A stretch of DNA of 64,000 bases from Candidatus Omnitrophota bacterium (GTDB taxonomy: Bacteria > Omnitrophota > Gorgyraeia > B26-G9 > JBDRCZ01), in NCBI GenBank assembly GCA_043821285.1, contig JBDRCZ010000056.1, forward strand, positions 792 to 64,791. Direction: 5' to 3'. Below are positions 53,646 to 63,707 of the stretch, piece by piece. The notes beneath the pieces were generated by a model. The model had not been told where the DNA came from, did no database searches, and was given only the letters and a program-made list of their open reading frames with translations. The first letter of the stretch is position 1. Each line of letters opens with the position of its first letter. The translations under genes and the position numbers were made by a program.

Positions 53646-53940
53646 TGACGAATGCTGTTATACACAGGATTATTGCAGATGAGAAAATACACCTGCCGGC
53701 AGGGATGAAGAATCGTACGTAAAAAAAGAGAAATAATTTTAGTACCCGCCACAAAGATTGGCGGACAGGGATTAAACTCCCCGCAAAAATATCGCGCAGG
53801 TCCACTAACGTATTCGTGGTGGACATGGTGGGTCATTTAAAGATTGAAAACCGCAGATTTTCATATGACAAGCTGGTTGAGTCATAATATTCCTGCGCAT
53901 GTTTAGTTCTGGCTTGCTCAGCTCTTGGGAGGGATGAAAA

Positions 53941-55464
53941 ATGTATCAAAAGATAAGGGAATATCTTAATGAGAGTTGTTTTAGCGGAGTGATATTAGAT
54001 TCTATCCCCCAGCCAAAAATAGCCTCTTTGATGAGCAGGTTAAATATTGAATATATAGGGGTGAGAATAACTTCAATACCGGCGGAAGATTTAGCTAATG
54101 ATTTAGCCAAAGAGGCATTCATAAATAGAGAGGTTATGGATACTCTTATAAAGATTCTGGATAAGGCGAATTTTGATAGTATTCAAAGGATATCACAAAT
54201 GCCTGAACGTCAGGTTCGGGCGTTGGTTACCGATCCAAACAAGCTTTGTTTAGATCAAAACATAGGCCAGACAATTTGGGGGTTACTATCTGATACGCGT
54301 AAGGGTATAAATGAACTTATCCCCAGATTTTTTCAGACACTAAAACTGGCAATGAGAAGAAAGGCAGATTTTACAAGAGAGATGGAAAAAGAAGTTAAAA
54401 GCATAGATTCAGTTTTATCTTCCAAAAAAGGACTTAAAAAGATCGAGAAGTCTATTGCTTTATTTAAAAACGAAATTGCCAAAGAGAAAAAGATTTCCGA
54501 GGATTTTATGCGGGAGAATCGCCGTCTAAATGAGAAATATATAAAACAGCAAGAATTAATTCATCAGCTACGTAAATCCCATGGGGAACTAATCCATGAA
54601 AAAGGCTTATTGCATAAACAGATTATGCGAAAGGATGCTGAAATAGGGAATCTTTCCCAGCAGATTAAGGTATTAAAGGATAAATTAGCAGTTGGCCCAA
54701 AGATACGTCTTAAATCAGAAATACATCGATTAGAAAAAGAAAATAGCAAACTTAATTATATTTTCGGAAAGGAAGGACAGGAGAATAGGACTAAGATTAG
54801 TGAATTAGAAAAGGAATTATTGCAGCTAAAGGATAATTTCAATAACCTACAACAAACAAATCTTGAGATGCAGCAGCAATTAGAAAGCGAACAGCAAAAG
54901 TTTAATGATTTAGAAAAGGAATATCAATTGATTTCTGTTAAAAACGAGCCGCTTATCCCGACAATTCCCAAAGGAAAAGGCAAGCGCTTAGGTATTTTTA
55001 TTGACAATCAGAATGTATATTATTCCGCAAAGATGCAGTATGGCAAAAAGCTTGATTTCCGAAGATTATTGGATGTTTTGATAAAAGATCGGCATTTAGT
55101 TAAGGCAATATGTTATCTTGTCCAACAGCCTGAGGTGAGCCAAGAGAGATTTATGAATATGTTAAAAAATAATGGCTATATGGTGAGGGTGCGTGACTTA
55201 ATCCGCCGGGCAGATGGTTCAGCAAAGGGTAACTGGGATATTGGTATTGCTACGGATGTGATTACAATGGTAGAGAAAAATAATCTAGATATTGTTATTT
55301 TAGTTACCTGTGATGGGGACTTTGTTGACTTGATTAAGTTACTTTCTGTAAATGGAACAAAGGTAGAGGTTGTTGGGTTTTCAATAAACATGGCCATGGA
55401 TTTAAAAAAGGTCGCGGATGAGTATTATTTTATCACTGAGGATTTGATGATTACTGACACTTAA
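53941..55464 (+). CDS. Coiled-coil protein with C-terminal NYN (LabA/DUF88 PIN-like) domain
   Basis: FIDNQN, KGNWD, DGDF, G..VEV. Confidence 0.85.
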   Translation: MYQKIREYLNESCFSGVILDSIPQPKIASLMSRLNIEYIGVRITSIPAEDLANDLAKEAFINREVMDTLIKILDKANFDSIQRISQMPERQVRALVTDPNKLCLDQNIGQTIWGLLSDTRKGINELIPRFFQTLKLAMRRKADFTREMEKEVKSIDSVLSSKKGLKKIEKSIALFKNEIAKEKKISEDFMRENRRLNEKYIKQQELIHQLRKSHGELIHEKGLLHKQIMRKDAEIGNLSQQIKVLKDKLAVGPKIRLKSEIHRLEKENSKLNYIFGKEGQENRTKISELEKELLQLKDNFNNLQQTNLEMQQQLESEQQKFNDLEKEYQLISVKNEPLIPTIPKGKGKRLGIFIDNQNVYYSAKMQYGKKLDFRRLLDVLIKDRHLVKAICYLVQQPEVSQERFMNMLKNNGYMVRVRDLIRRADGSAKGNWDIGIATDVITMVEKNNLDIVILVTCDGDFVDLIKLLSVNGTKVEVVGFSINMAMDLKKVADEYYFITEDLMITDT

Positions 55465-55643
55465 TTATTTTTGCTACGCAAAAATAATCATTTATCTGCT
55501 AAGGCGAATGGTTAGAAAGCAAGAAGTATTTTTCGATTAACAAATATATATAAATGCAGTATATTATTCTTATAATATAAGAGAGGATGTGGAAGGTGCA
55601 AATTAAGACTTAAAAGAATATGCGGAATTATTGGAGGTATGGG

Positions 55644-55838
55644 ATGAAGGTACGAGATATTATAAAATTGATAAAATCAGATGGTTGGTACATAGTGACA
55701 ACAAAAGGTAGTCATCAGCAATACAAGCATCTAACAAAATCAGGCATGGTAACAATTGCTGGCCATTCCAATGATGATTTGGCTCTAGGTACCCTAAATA
55801 GCATCTTGAAACAAGCAAAATTGAAGGAGGTAAGGTAA
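55644..55838 (+). CDS. hicA: HicA toxin
   Basis: IK.DGW....KGSH.QYKH..K.G.VT....GTL.SILKQA. Confidence 0.92.
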   Translation: MKVRDIIKLIKSDGWYIVTTKGSHQQYKHLTKSGMVTIAGHSNDDLALGTLNSILKQAKLKEVR

Positions 55839-55839
55839 A

Positions 55840-56052
55840 ATGTATCGTTTTCTAATTGTGATTGAAAAAGCAGACAATAATTACTCAGCATACTCACCTG
55901 ACTTACCAGGTTGTGTAGCCACTGGCGCGACGCGTGAAGAAGTAGAAAAAAATATGCATGAAGCTATTGAAATGCATGTACAGGGACTATTAAAAGATAA
56001 TTTATCTATCCCTAACTCTAATTCTTTTGCGGAGTATATAGCTGTTCAATAA
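55840..56052 (+). CDS. hicB: HicB antitoxin
   Basis: YSAYSPDLPGCVATG.T.EE....EAI. Confidence 0.92.
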   Translation: MYRFLIVIEKADNNYSAYSPDLPGCVATGATREEVEKNMHEAIEMHVQGLLKDNLSIPNSNSFAEYIAVQ

Positions 56053-56168
56053 CTTATGTTGTTATTTAACGTATGGTTATGCGGTTTTTTAAGCGCGAAA
56101 CAGGCAAAACCTGTTTCGCTTCTATCCATCAGGGTAGGTGGTCGGAAAATGGAGAGCATTTTCCGTAT

Positions 56169-57095
56169 ATGAATATCCCCCCTTGCTTACAGCGGGGGAT
56201 ATTCATTTCTATTGTTATCGTAACTTTAAACACAGAAAGGTTTATTAAAAAATGCTTAGAAAGTATCTATTGCCAAAGTTACAGAGAGTTTGAAGTTATT
56301 GTTGTTGATAATGGTTCAAGGGATGAAACTGTTAGAATTATAATTTCAGATTTTCCGCAGGTGAGACTTATTAGAAATAAAGAAAATATTGGGTTTTGCC
56401 GGGCGAATAACTTAGGGATTAAGACAGCAATTGGTGAGGCAATACTTACTTTAAACAGTGATATTGTATTAGAGAAAGATTTTCTAGAAAATTTAATTAA
56501 AACGTATCAGAATGCAAAAAAAGATATAGGCATGTTTGCCACAAGGATTTTAAACTGGAATGGTAAAACCATAGATTCTACAGGATTAATATTAACCCGG
56601 GCCCGCCGCTTTTATGACCGTGGTTATGGCAAGGCGATAGAGTATAAAGATAATTCAGAGATTATTGGACCTTGTGCTGCTGCGGCATTATATAAGAGAG
56701 AAATGCTTGAAGATATAAAAATAAACGATGAATATTTTGATGAGAAATTTTTCTTTTTGGTTGAAGATGTAGATATTGCCTGGCGGGCAAAAAACCGCAG
56801 TTGGAGAGTAGAATATGTACCAGAGGCAAAATGTTTTCACTATCGAAACAGCACAAATTTCAACCGAAATTTCCGGCAATACCTATCTTTTCGTAACCGG
56901 TATTACCTGATTTTAAAAAATGAATCAAAATCCGGCTTAATAAAATTTCTGCCATTTTTCTGCATATATGATATTCCCAGATTTCTCTATCTACTTTTAA
57001 CCAATAAACATCATACAATTTTAGCATTAAAAGAACTGTTTAAGAATAGCCCGGCAATGTTAAATAACCGTAAAAGAAGGATTATTGAATCATAA
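56169..57095 (+). CDS. Glycosyltransferase family 2 (start uncertain)
   Basis: SIVIVT.N, VVDNGS.D, LNSD, EDVD..WR. Confidence 0.9.
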   Translation: MNIPPCLQRGIFISIVIVTLNTERFIKKCLESIYCQSYREFEVIVVDNGSRDETVRIIISDFPQVRLIRNKENIGFCRANNLGIKTAIGEAILTLNSDIVLEKDFLENLIKTYQNAKKDIGMFATRILNWNGKTIDSTGLILTRARRFYDRGYGKAIEYKDNSEIIGPCAAAALYKREMLEDIKINDEYFDEKFFFLVEDVDIAWRAKNRSWRVEYVPEAKCFHYRNSTNFNRNFRQYLSFRNRYYLILKNESKSGLIKFLPFFCIYDIPRFLYLLLTNKHHTILALKELFKNSPAMLNNRKRRIIES

Positions 57096-57104
57096 GGGTT
57101 TCAT

Positions 57105-57410
57105 TTCATTCCCCGCAGCTTGCTGCGATGATATGATTGGAGTTTGGTTTTTTGATACCCGTAGCTTGTTGCGGGGTTACGAAACTTACCAATTCCTTGC
57201 GGTCTTGCCGCAGGGTGAGGGTTTGAGGGAAAGTATGAAAACCGTAGGTTTTCAAACGGATAAAAAATTTCCGGTGCTGCGAAGCAGCATCAGCTTAGTA
57301 TAAAACCCTGTAGTCTTGCTACATCGAAGATCCGCCAATGCCCGCCACTAATACGATGGCGGATCTACGACATTGTGGAGGGGGGATAGTTACGCTTAAG
57401 GAAATTTTTT
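57105..57410. repeat. Cluster of REP-like palindromes
   Basis: ccccgcagcttgctgc, cccgtagcttgttgcggg, tgaaaaccgtaggttttca, gaagatccgcc...ggcggatc. Confidence 0.75.
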
Positions 57411-57504
57411 ATAGCAGTAGGCCTTTTTGGCTATTTTCTATGCCATGTTATGTAACGTTTATAGAATTACATGTGTCTAAAAAGGTCGAAGGATATTCAA
57501 GAAG

Positions 57505-58983
57505 ATGAATAGTAAGGCAACGATTTCATTAATTCTACTTAGAGTAACCTTAGTTTTTCTATTTATATGTAATATTTTTTTCTCCAGCACGGAAGTATGT
57601 GCAATATTGATTCTTGACGAAATACTTGAATTAAACAATAAGGCAATTACTAATATTACGTTTAAGCTAAATGAGGAGCAGCATTATTTAGGAGGGTGGC
57701 ATCAAAAGCTAATTTTGAAAGGTAGCGATGGCAACTTATGGTTATTCAAGTTTACGGGCAAAGAAGGAGCAGATAGAGCTGGTGTGGTTTCTTCATGGGC
57801 GAAGCTTTTTGGAGTAAACTTTAATGAAGTTTATTACATTTCCTTGCCGATTAATGGTGAAATGGTCGATGGTTCCGTACAGAGATTTTTTTCTTCTTCG
57901 ACAACTTTGTGTAATATATCGCCACAAAGTTTATCTGATCAACAGATAGAGCAATTGCAGAAACAGCAGGTATTAGATTGGCTTATATATAATTTTGACA
58001 CGAAGTGTAATAATTTTATAGTTCTTTCTAACACTGGGGAAATAATCGGGGTAGATAAAGAAAGTTGTTTTGAATATCCTGATGAAAAAATTGATTTATC
58101 TAGAAAAAGCACAGTATATTATAGAAAATATTCTTATTATAATAAATTTTGGCAAGCTTATATAAGAGGAACAATCAAGGTCGATCTTAAAAAGACATTT
58201 GAGTTAATAGACCATATCCAAAGTTTTAACGATGATATCTTAACAGAAATATTTTTGTCAGTAGTTATGAAGACAGATAATAGCGATCCAGATGTTTATT
58301 GTTTAAAGGGAATCTATAGGGTTATGGATGCAGTACTTTTGCAGAAGAAAAATTTGCGGCATGATTTTGAAGAGTTTTACCAAATGTTAAATAGAGAAAG
58401 AGGAGAGAAGTTTCGGCTTCCATACAAGAAGATAAATAACAATTTCTCAAAAAATGTGTTACAGAATCTCAAGAGTGATATTTTTGTAAAAAATTGTGGT
58501 TTAAAAGAAGTAACCTCTAAGGAAAACAAGAAACAGCTAAATATTGAAGCAGTTTGTTCAGCTAAAGCTTGGAGGATGGTTCATTCTGAAATTTGCCTAC
58601 CAGACGAAGATCCTAATCGCATAATAGAAAAGTTGGAAGCTGCAAGAAATGGGATAACAAGTATTCATGAGAAATTAGCCATTAGTCTTTACATTGCAAC
58701 ACTCCGTCGTATAAATAAGAATGCACGTACATGGAAAAATTTACAGCTTATTACTAAGCATCCGAAAGCAATATCATGTTCCGAAATAGTTTGTTATCTT
58801 ACTCAAAAAAAAATGATACAATATAATTCTAATGACAGCGAGGACGTTACTCTTGATAGCGAAGATCATTATCTTTTAGGATTAGCTTATATAGTAAAAG
58901 ATCAATACAAAAATGCCAGATTTCATTTTGATAGAGCGAAAGAATTAGGATGTGATATTGAAAAGTTGATCAAAGAAGAGTAG
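57505..58983 (+). CDS. Exported protein with atypical (HipA/PI3K-like) kinase-fold region and C-terminal TPR-like helices
   Basis: LGGWHQK...WLFK; DWLIYNFDTKCNNF; IIGVD. Confidence 0.55.
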   Translation: MNSKATISLILLRVTLVFLFICNIFFSSTEVCAILILDEILELNNKAITNITFKLNEEQHYLGGWHQKLILKGSDGNLWLFKFTGKEGADRAGVVSSWAKLFGVNFNEVYYISLPINGEMVDGSVQRFFSSSTTLCNISPQSLSDQQIEQLQKQQVLDWLIYNFDTKCNNFIVLSNTGEIIGVDKESCFEYPDEKIDLSRKSTVYYRKYSYYNKFWQAYIRGTIKVDLKKTFELIDHIQSFNDDILTEIFLSVVMKTDNSDPDVYCLKGIYRVMDAVLLQKKNLRHDFEEFYQMLNRERGEKFRLPYKKINNNFSKNVLQNLKSDIFVKNCGLKEVTSKENKKQLNIEAVCSAKAWRMVHSEICLPDEDPNRIIEKLEAARNGITSIHEKLAISLYIATLRRINKNARTWKNLQLITKHPKAISCSEIVCYLTQKKMIQYNSNDSEDVTLDSEDHYLLGLAYIVKDQYKNARFHFDRAKELGCDIEKLIKEE

Positions 58984-59116
58984 ATGATTTAAAGAACTAT
59001 TAGTTTTATTTGTAATGAAATGGATAAAAAAACAGATGATATAAAATATCATATGATAGAAGCAATACTGTGTAGTCTTACGTACTGAAACGGTCATTTG
59101 TAAGGAATTTTTTATT

Positions 59117-59995
59117 ATGAGCTTTGCCGTAATATTAGCATTTTTAATGACGTTGATCACTGCTAGTTCGAATGTAATTTTAAAAAAGGGATTTTCTAAG
59201 ATTTCTCCTTTTGCTGCAGTATATATATCTGTTATAATAAGTACAATATTTCTTTGGTGTGCGACATTTCTATTTGTTCCGAGAAACTATTTTTGTAACT
59301 ATAAAGGGATCATGATCTTTGTGCTCATTGGCAGTTTTGCCCCTACGATTGTCAGAACTTTAACATATTACGGTATTCATAAGCTTGGCGCAGGACGGGC
59401 GGCGCCACTTCGGGCAATGACCCCATTTTTTGCGACGATTATTGCGATAGTTTTTTTAAAAGAGTCACCAAAGCCAAGTATATTTGTGGGGATTTTTTTG
59501 ATTATCTTAGGTATAATTGTTCTTTCAAAAAAGAATGAAGATAATATCACACAATGGCGGCTTAATTATTTTTTTTATCCATTAGGAGCGGCGATATTAG
59601 CGGGACTTGCGGCAAATCTGCGTAAATTCGGCTTAAATCTGATGCCCCAACCTGTTTTTGCTTCCACAATAGCCGCGACCAGTTCTTTAATATTTTTAAC
59701 CGGTTATATTTTTTTTAAGTACAAAAAAATAGAGATTACACAGTTACGTCACTCAAAGGCAATAAAGCTGATTATTATTGCCGCCTTTTTGACCTCTTGC
59801 GGCGAGATTGTAGATTTATCAGCATTACTCTATGGAAAAGTGAGTCTGGTGGTGCCTATTTTTGCGACAACTCCGTTAATAATCATTTTCTTAAGCCGGA
59901 TTTTTTTAAAAAAACAAGAAACAATAACCAAGTATTTAATATTATCAACAATTCTGATTATCTTAGGAGTTTATTTTACAGTTATCAGCGCGTAG
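59117..59995 (+). CDS. DMT/EamA family transporter
   Basis: About 10 TM helices in two EamA repeats (FLKE / FLKKQE). Confidence 0.9.
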   Translation: MSFAVILAFLMTLITASSNVILKKGFSKISPFAAVYISVIISTIFLWCATFLFVPRNYFCNYKGIMIFVLIGSFAPTIVRTLTYYGIHKLGAGRAAPLRAMTPFFATIIAIVFLKESPKPSIFVGIFLIILGIIVLSKKNEDNITQWRLNYFFYPLGAAILAGLAANLRKFGLNLMPQPVFASTIAATSSLIFLTGYIFFKYKKIEITQLRHSKAIKLIIIAAFLTSCGEIVDLSALLYGKVSLVVPIFATTPLIIIFLSRIFLKKQETITKYLILSTILIILGVYFTVISA

Positions 59996-60312
59996 TCTGG
60001 TGGCTCTGTGTGAGAAAAATTTATATCAAAGCGCTGCAGCGAATAAATGGACTTTATGTTAACCTTATAAGCAAAAATATAAAGCCACGGATTAACACTG
60101 ATGGAACACAGATAAGAAAATAAGGTTAAACGATTTGATTATTAAAAATCCGTGTTTCATCTCGGTAAATCCGTGGCTAAAAAATAATAATCAAACGAAC
60201 AAATTGTCATCCCTGACCTTGTTCCGTCACGAAAGCGGCTTATAAGGCAGGTGAGCGCAAAGGTTAAAAATAAAAAAATCAATAATCACACAGAGCCACA
60301 GAGGCGCAGAGA
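59995..60312. repeat. Periodic inverted-repeat elements
   Basis: 60083-60178 closely matches 42690-42770; ctctgtgtga / tcacacagag arms. Confidence 0.75.
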
Positions 60313-60480
60313 ATGACGAAAAAGAAAATTAGTGCAATTTTTTGAATTTTCTTGTAGTGTGTTAGGAAAAGTAGAATATATTCGGAATGGTTTAAGAAGA
60401 AAATCAGTTCGGCTATTTTTGAAGAAGTTTATAATAAAAGTAACTACCTGAAAAGAATAGGATTTCGAGGAGATACCTTA

Positions 60481-61551
60481 ATGAGTGATGCAAAAATACA
60501 AACACTTTGCGGGTTTAGTCGTACTCAAGGCTGTGCATCCAAGATGCGCCGGGCTTTGCTTAAAAAATTAGTTAGTGTTTTGCCCGGAACGATAAAGAAA
60601 AATAAAGACAAAATAATATCTGATTATGATTCATTTGATGATGCGGCTATTTATAAACTAACTGATGAAATTTCCATAGTTTTTACGGTTGATTTTATGA
60701 CACCGGTTACCAATGATCCGGAAAGGTTTGGCCACATTGCCATAGCTAATGCGCTAAGTGACATTTATGCAAAAGGAGCCGCGCCATGTCTTGGCTTAAA
60801 TGTACTTGGCTTTCCTCAAGAAAAAATGGATTTAACAATTGTTGAACGAATTCTAAAAGCTGGCTTTGCTAAGGCTGAAGAAGCAAATGCACATATAGTT
60901 GGCGGACATACGCTAAATATATCTGAATTTATTTATGGTTTGGCGGCAATAGGTTTTGTTAAAAACAATGAGATTATTCTTAACTCTGGAGCATATAAAG
61001 GGGATGTATTGTTACTTACAAAACCACTGGGGACGAACGTAGTATTAACATTAGCAAATAGAGCAGGCGTTGATGTAGGTTCGGATATTCTTGAAGAATG
61101 TCTTGATTCAATGTGCCAGCTAAATATTATACCAGACATGTTAATGAAAGAAGCCAAGATCAGTGCGTGCACGGATATTAGCGGATATGGATTTATCGGC
61201 CATTTAGCACAGATGTTAGAAGCGAGTAAACAGAAAGCAATAATTTATTCTGCCCAAATCCCTGTAATTAAGAAATCTTTAGATTTTTATAATATGGCCT
61301 ATCGTGCTTGTTCGGTAGAAGCAAATAAAGCGGATTATTCAGATTATGTTCAGTTTACTAATTCAGTGTCACCATCTTTAAGAGATTTATTATTCGATGC
61401 CCATACTTCAGGAGGATTACTAATGTCAGTTCCGGAAAAAAATAGCAAAGTACTTTTAGAAAAACTTCAGCAAAATAAATTTATACATGCTGCTATTGTT
61501 GGCAGGGTTATAGGACTTGATGAACAGGAAAGTTTAATCAAAATAGAATAG
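60481..61551 (+). CDS. selD: Selenide, water dikinase (Cys-type)
   Basis: GCASK, DDAAIY, TVDF.TP, NALSDIYA.G, GGHT, TDISGYG..GH, TSGGLL. Confidence 0.85.
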   Translation: MSDAKIQTLCGFSRTQGCASKMRRALLKKLVSVLPGTIKKNKDKIISDYDSFDDAAIYKLTDEISIVFTVDFMTPVTNDPERFGHIAIANALSDIYAKGAAPCLGLNVLGFPQEKMDLTIVERILKAGFAKAEEANAHIVGGHTLNISEFIYGLAAIGFVKNNEIILNSGAYKGDVLLLTKPLGTNVVLTLANRAGVDVGSDILEECLDSMCQLNIIPDMLMKEAKISACTDISGYGFIGHLAQMLEASKQKAIIYSAQIPVIKKSLDFYNMAYRACSVEANKADYSDYVQFTNSVSPSLRDLLFDAHTSGGLLMSVPEKNSKVLLEKLQQNKFIHAAIVGRVIGLDEQESLIKIE

Positions 61552-61886
61552 GCTAATTGTTGTATTTGTTTAAAGTTATAAATGAAAAAGCAGATAATCA
61601 CGACAGACGCAGAAACACAGAGAAAAAGAAAGAATAAAAATTAACTAGATTACACAGTTCACGAAGAAATATTATAGAATGAACCCTTCTATACTATTTT
61701 TAACAACTTAACATTATTCACTTTGTGTTTTCTGGTTGATAAAAATTTTTATTTGCTTGCGGATTTTTTATCAAAGTTAAAACATGGCTTTTTTGCTTAC
61801 AAAAATTTTTTTGGGCAAAAAATCTGCGATTGTCCGTAAATATCTGTGATCGAGAAAAATAGATAATATCTTCACTAATCATTATA

Positions 61887-61915
61887 TTGATAGAATTATA
61901 CAAATATGTTATACT
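61887..61915 (+). promoter_or_regulatory. Sigma70-type promoter
   Basis: TTGATA-N17-TATACT with extended -10 TG. Confidence 0.6.
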
Positions 61916-61941
61916 AAATAAGGAGATAAAGGGGGTAGTTT

Positions 61942-62136
61942 ATGATGAAGAAAAAAAAACAATATAAGTTCGAACTAATAGATATGAATAAATATAGAGG
62001 TGAATGGATAGCCTTTATAGATGGGAAAATATTTTCCCATGGCAAGGTGCTTAGAAATGTGCTTGAACGAGCTAAAAAAACCGGGAAAGAGCCAATTATA
62101 GATAAAGTTCCACAACAGAATACATTAATAGTATGA
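61942..62136 (+). CDS. DUF5678-like small protein
   Basis: KYRGEWIAFIDGKIFSHGK; ATGA overlap with the next gene. Confidence 0.75.
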   Translation: MMKKKKQYKFELIDMNKYRGEWIAFIDGKIFSHGKVLRNVLERAKKTGKEPIIDKVPQQNTLIV

Positions 62137-62552
62137 TAGAATTTGATTATAAAGGATTTGTAAAGACAGACGAGAGTGGAAAGATATTAGGCGTATATTA
62201 TCGCCCGAATGCGATAGTTAAACTAGTTAATGGTGATAATTATATTGTTTCTAATATGCTTATAGACTCAGGAGCAGATGTTAGTGTGATACCAAAAGCT
62301 GAAGGTGAAGCTTTGGGATTCCGAATTGAAAAGGACGAAAAAATCGAAGATGTCAATGGCATAGGCGGACAGATTCCAGTCGTACATCGGGCCATAGAAT
62401 TTAATATAGGCATAGCGGGCATAAAAATAAATATAGCCTGGGCACTGATAAATGATCTTCCCCCAATTATGGGGAGAGAAGGTGTATTTGATACATTCAT
62501 TATAGAATTTCGGCAGAAAGAGAAGAAAGTTAGATTCCATCGTATCAAATAG
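62133..62552 (+). CDS. Retropepsin-like aspartyl protease
   Basis: RP, LIDSGAD, GIGG flap, IMGR.GVF. Confidence 0.85.
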   Translation: MIEFDYKGFVKTDESGKILGVYYRPNAIVKLVNGDNYIVSNMLIDSGADVSVIPKAEGEALGFRIEKDEKIEDVNGIGGQIPVVHRAIEFNIGIAGIKINIAWALINDLPPIMGREGVFDTFIIEFRQKEKKVRFHRIK

Positions 62553-62689
62553 AGAAGTGTTCATGATTAAATAATATTTTCCTTCCTAAAAAATCCTATC
62601 ATAAATTTCCAGGGAGATATAGAAATGAACCTATAATGTGTAAAGTTTCCCTTTTGCCAAGATAGACATTTTATTAGACAAAGACTCTA

Positions 62690-63128
62690 ACTATAACCGA
62701 GGAGGGAAAGGAAAGAGAGGGATACAGACAGTCGGATGGGGTTGACAAGTGGGGAAGTCAAGATATGATAAACTTGACAAAGCGAGAACCCCTGGGTCCA
62801 GACGGGGAGAGGATAAGTTTCCTACCATTCGCAGAACTGGGTAATAGAATAATGGACACTCAAACCTAAGCATGAATCAAACTGAGGTAATGGAGACAGA
62901 TAGTTAAGGTTAGATGTAGTCTGTATCGGGAACTGAGGGAAGGATTCATGTAAACTTGTTGGTATCTGAACTTGAAGCCGTACTGTGGAAAAACCCGACG
63001 TACGGAATTTTAGCGGGGACTTTGGAAACGTAGATAATGGTGAAATTAGGAACCCACCGCACAATCGAAAGGGTGCGTGATTTGGAAGCTCTTCACTTAA
63101 TATGCTGTGCGCCAGAGTTCTACCCGAC
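62690..63128 (+). mobile_element. Group II intron remnant (5'-truncated, ORF-less)
   Basis: Domain V gaAGCcgtac..gaaa..gtacggaatttt at ~62974-63011; extended domain VI ending ctacccgAC; D3-like agtcggatgggg...aagcgagaacccc. Confidence 0.8.
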
Positions 63129-63229
63129 AAGAACACAGAGCAGGAATAAAGCTATTCAGAGATTTTTTCTGTGAACTTTGTGTTCTCTGTGGTTAAAATC
63201 TATTTGATTATTGTTAATTACGACACAGC

Positions 63230-63445
63230 CTGAAAGCGATATCCTTTCAAATCAATGATCGGTTATTCAAAGAGGCTAAGGAACTTATTCACAAGACGCA
63301 TGTTCCTAAAAACTCCTATATCAATGATGCCCTTAAGTATTACAATCGACTGATTAGAAGAAAGCTCCTAAAACAGCGTTACCAGAAAGAATCAGCATTA
63401 GTAGTTGAACATTCGTTGCAGATTAATCGGGAATTCCAATGTTAA
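63230..63445 (+). pseudogene. Orphan RHH-type antitoxin-like ORF with CTG in place of a canonical start
   Basis: LKAISFQINDRLFKEA...KNSYINDAL.YYN..RRKLL...KES; no toxin gene follows. Confidence 0.55.
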
Positions 63446-63707
63446 AAAACTAAAGAAGTGTTTAAATTTAATTCTGGATTGATTAAAAAAGGGAGAACTG
63501 GAAAAGGGGTTTATTATATATTAGATCCTGTTTATAGGGGACATAAGGGGACATTCTACTATATACAAATTGAGCCATAATTTTTCTTTAGGTTATTTTG
63601 AACTTGATTATTCTCTTTATCTTGCTAAAGGGTGAATTTTAGAAGGAAAGCTTGAAAACCTACGGTTTTCAAATGGATAAAAAATTTCCGGTAAGGAAAG
63701 TTTTTAT

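Noticed and set aside
60481-60560. Selenocysteine in SelD
   Set aside because: The codon is TGT (Cys); no in-frame TGA
62691-63136. Minus-strand ORFs
   Set aside because: Antisense to the group II intron remnant
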